Assembly: GCA_016712275.1 (NCBI GenBank)
Contig: JADJRI010000009.1
Coordinates: 113,772-177,771 of the forward strand
DNA: 64,000 bases
Origin: Planctomycetota bacterium
GTDB taxonomy: Bacteria > Planctomycetota > Phycisphaerae > UBA1845 > UTPLA1
Direction of reading: 5' to 3'
The notes beneath the pieces were generated by a model. The model was not told where the DNA came from, did no database searches, and saw only the letters and a program-made list of their open reading frames with translations. The translations under genes were made by a program, and so were the position numbers. How positions within the stretch are numbered: position 1 is the stretch's first letter; the number at the start of each line of letters is the position of its first letter. Shown in pieces: positions 62,929 to 64,000 of the stretch.

Positions 62929-64000
62929 ATGTTCAAGAAAATACTCATTGCGAATCGCGGCGAAATCGCCGTGCGGATCGCTCAGACGGTGCAGGAACTC
63001 GGGATCACCGCGGTCGGCGTTTTTTCGGAGCCGGATCGGCGGGCCGTGCATGTTTCATCCATGGATGAGGCGTACGCGCTGGAGGGTTCGACGTCGGCCG
63101 AATCGTACCTGCGGATCGAGAAGATCATCGACATCGCGCGGAAGCATGGCGTCGATGCGATCCATCCCGGGTTCGGCTTCCTTTCCGAGAACGAGGATTT
63201 CGCACAGGCATGCGCCGATGCGAGGATCACTTTCATCGGGCCGCGGCCGGACGTCATTCGCGACATGGGCGACAAGATCATCGCGAAGGAGAAGTTCAAA
63301 GCGGCCGGCGTGCCGGTGGTGCCGGGTTGGTCCGGTGAGGGGAACGTTTCGCTCGATGAATTGAAGAAGATCGCCGCGGGGGTGGGTTACCCTGTGCTGA
63401 TCAAGGCGGCGGCAGGCGGCGGCGGCAAGGGCATGCGCGTCGTCAAGGCGGAGTCGGATTTGCAGGGGGCGCTGGAGGCGGCGCAGCGCGAGGCGAATGC
63501 GGCGTTCGGCGATGCGCGGGTCTTCATTGAAAAGTACATCACGCGGCCGCGACACATTGAGTTTCAGATCTTCGGCGATTCGCATGGGAATGTCGTGCAT
63601 CTGTTTGAGCGCGAATGCTCGATTCAGCGGCGGCATCAGAAAATTGTGGAGGAGTCGCCTTCGACGGCACTGTCGGACGAGCTGCGCGCGAAAATGGGCG
63701 AGGCGGCCGTTCGTGCGGCGAAGGCGATCGGCTACACCAACGCGGGGACGGTGGAGTTTATCGTTGATGAGAGCGGGAGTTTTTACTTTCTTGAGGTGAA
63801 CACGCGGCTTCAGGTCGAGCATCCTGTCACGGAGATGGTGGTGGGGCGCGATCTGGTCCGTGCGCAGATTGCGGTGGCGGCGGGGGAGAAGCTGCCGTTC
63901 GAGCAGGAACAACTTCGGCAGACGGGGCACGCACTGGAGGTTCGCATTTACGCGGAGGACGCCTCGCGGAACTTCATGCCGTCCACGGGGCGAATTGAGC
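62929..64000 (+). CDS. Biotin carboxylase (acyl-CoA carboxylase alpha subunit), 3'-truncated by the window edge
   Basis: Manual translation from the ATG at 62929 gives MFKKILIANRGEIAVRIAQTVQELGI...GYPVLIKAAAGGGGKGMRVV...EFIVDESGSFYFLEVNTRLQVEHPVTE. This is an ATP-grasp biotin carboxylase. It is not in the ORF track because there is no stop in the window. Confidence 0.8.
   Translation, partial: MFKKILIANRGEIAVRIAQTVQELGITAVGVFSEPDRRAVHVSSMDEAYALEGSTSAESYLRIEKIIDIARKHGVDAIHPGFGFLSENEDFAQACADARITFIGPRPDVIRDMGDKIIAKEKFKAAGVPVVPGWSGEGNVSLDELKKIAAGVGYPVLIKAAAGGGGKGMRVVKAESDLQGALEAAQREANAAFGDARVFIEKYITRPRHIEFQIFGDSHGNVVHLFERECSIQRRHQKIVEESPSTALSDELRAKMGEAAVRAAKAIGYTNAGTVEFIVDESGSFYFLEVNTRLQVEHPVTEMVVGRDLVRAQIAVAAGEKLPFEQEQLRQTGHALEVRIYAEDASRNFMPSTGRIE

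Overview
A GC-rich (~60-65% by eye) bacterial chromosomal window, probably from a Planctomycete-like genome (PEP-CTERM protein, DUF1559 protein, several ECF sigma/anti-sigma pairs, secreted ankyrin and TPR proteins). The backbone is ordinary housekeeping and metabolism: asnS, a PL1 pectate lyase, an MFS transporter, two ECF sigma/anti-sigma modules, a PilZ protein, a UbiA-family prenyltransferase, the NAD-salvage set pncA-nrtR-pncB, a KAS-III-like enzyme, clpB, corA, leucine-catabolism genes (HMG-CoA lyase, biotinyl protein, MCCase beta, methylglutaconyl-CoA hydratase, biotin carboxylase), an AsnB-like amidotransferase and a B12-binding radical-SAM protein.

Two lower-GC accessory islands interrupt this backbone. 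Island 1 (~25.0-29.75 kb, between clpB and corA) carries a retron-type reverse transcriptase, a structured upstream region that could hold msr/msd, and a downstream multi-TM effector with a YcxB-like domain and a C-terminal zinc ribbon, plus two unknown proteins. Island 2 (~44.85-51.3 kb, next to a tRNA-Lys(CTT) gene) carries a ~0.65-kb polypurine/G-run tract, a PD-(D/E)xK + DUF2075 ATPase protein, a 162-bp tandem repeat array (2.3 copies), a second membrane protein with the same zinc ribbon, an SPFH/band-7 protein, and a dispersed family of ~93-nt triple-hairpin repeats that also recurs at 53.6-54.0 kb.

Reading frames are broken by about 25 single-base frameshifts, roughly one per 2.5 kb, scattered through otherwise conserved genes (clpB in 3 pieces, pncB, corA, the DAO oxidoreductase, DUF2075 and others). 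This looks like indel sequencing error, so frameshifted genes are reported as single merged features. An unlisted partial CDS runs off the left edge (1..873, minus strand) and a partial accC runs off the right edge.
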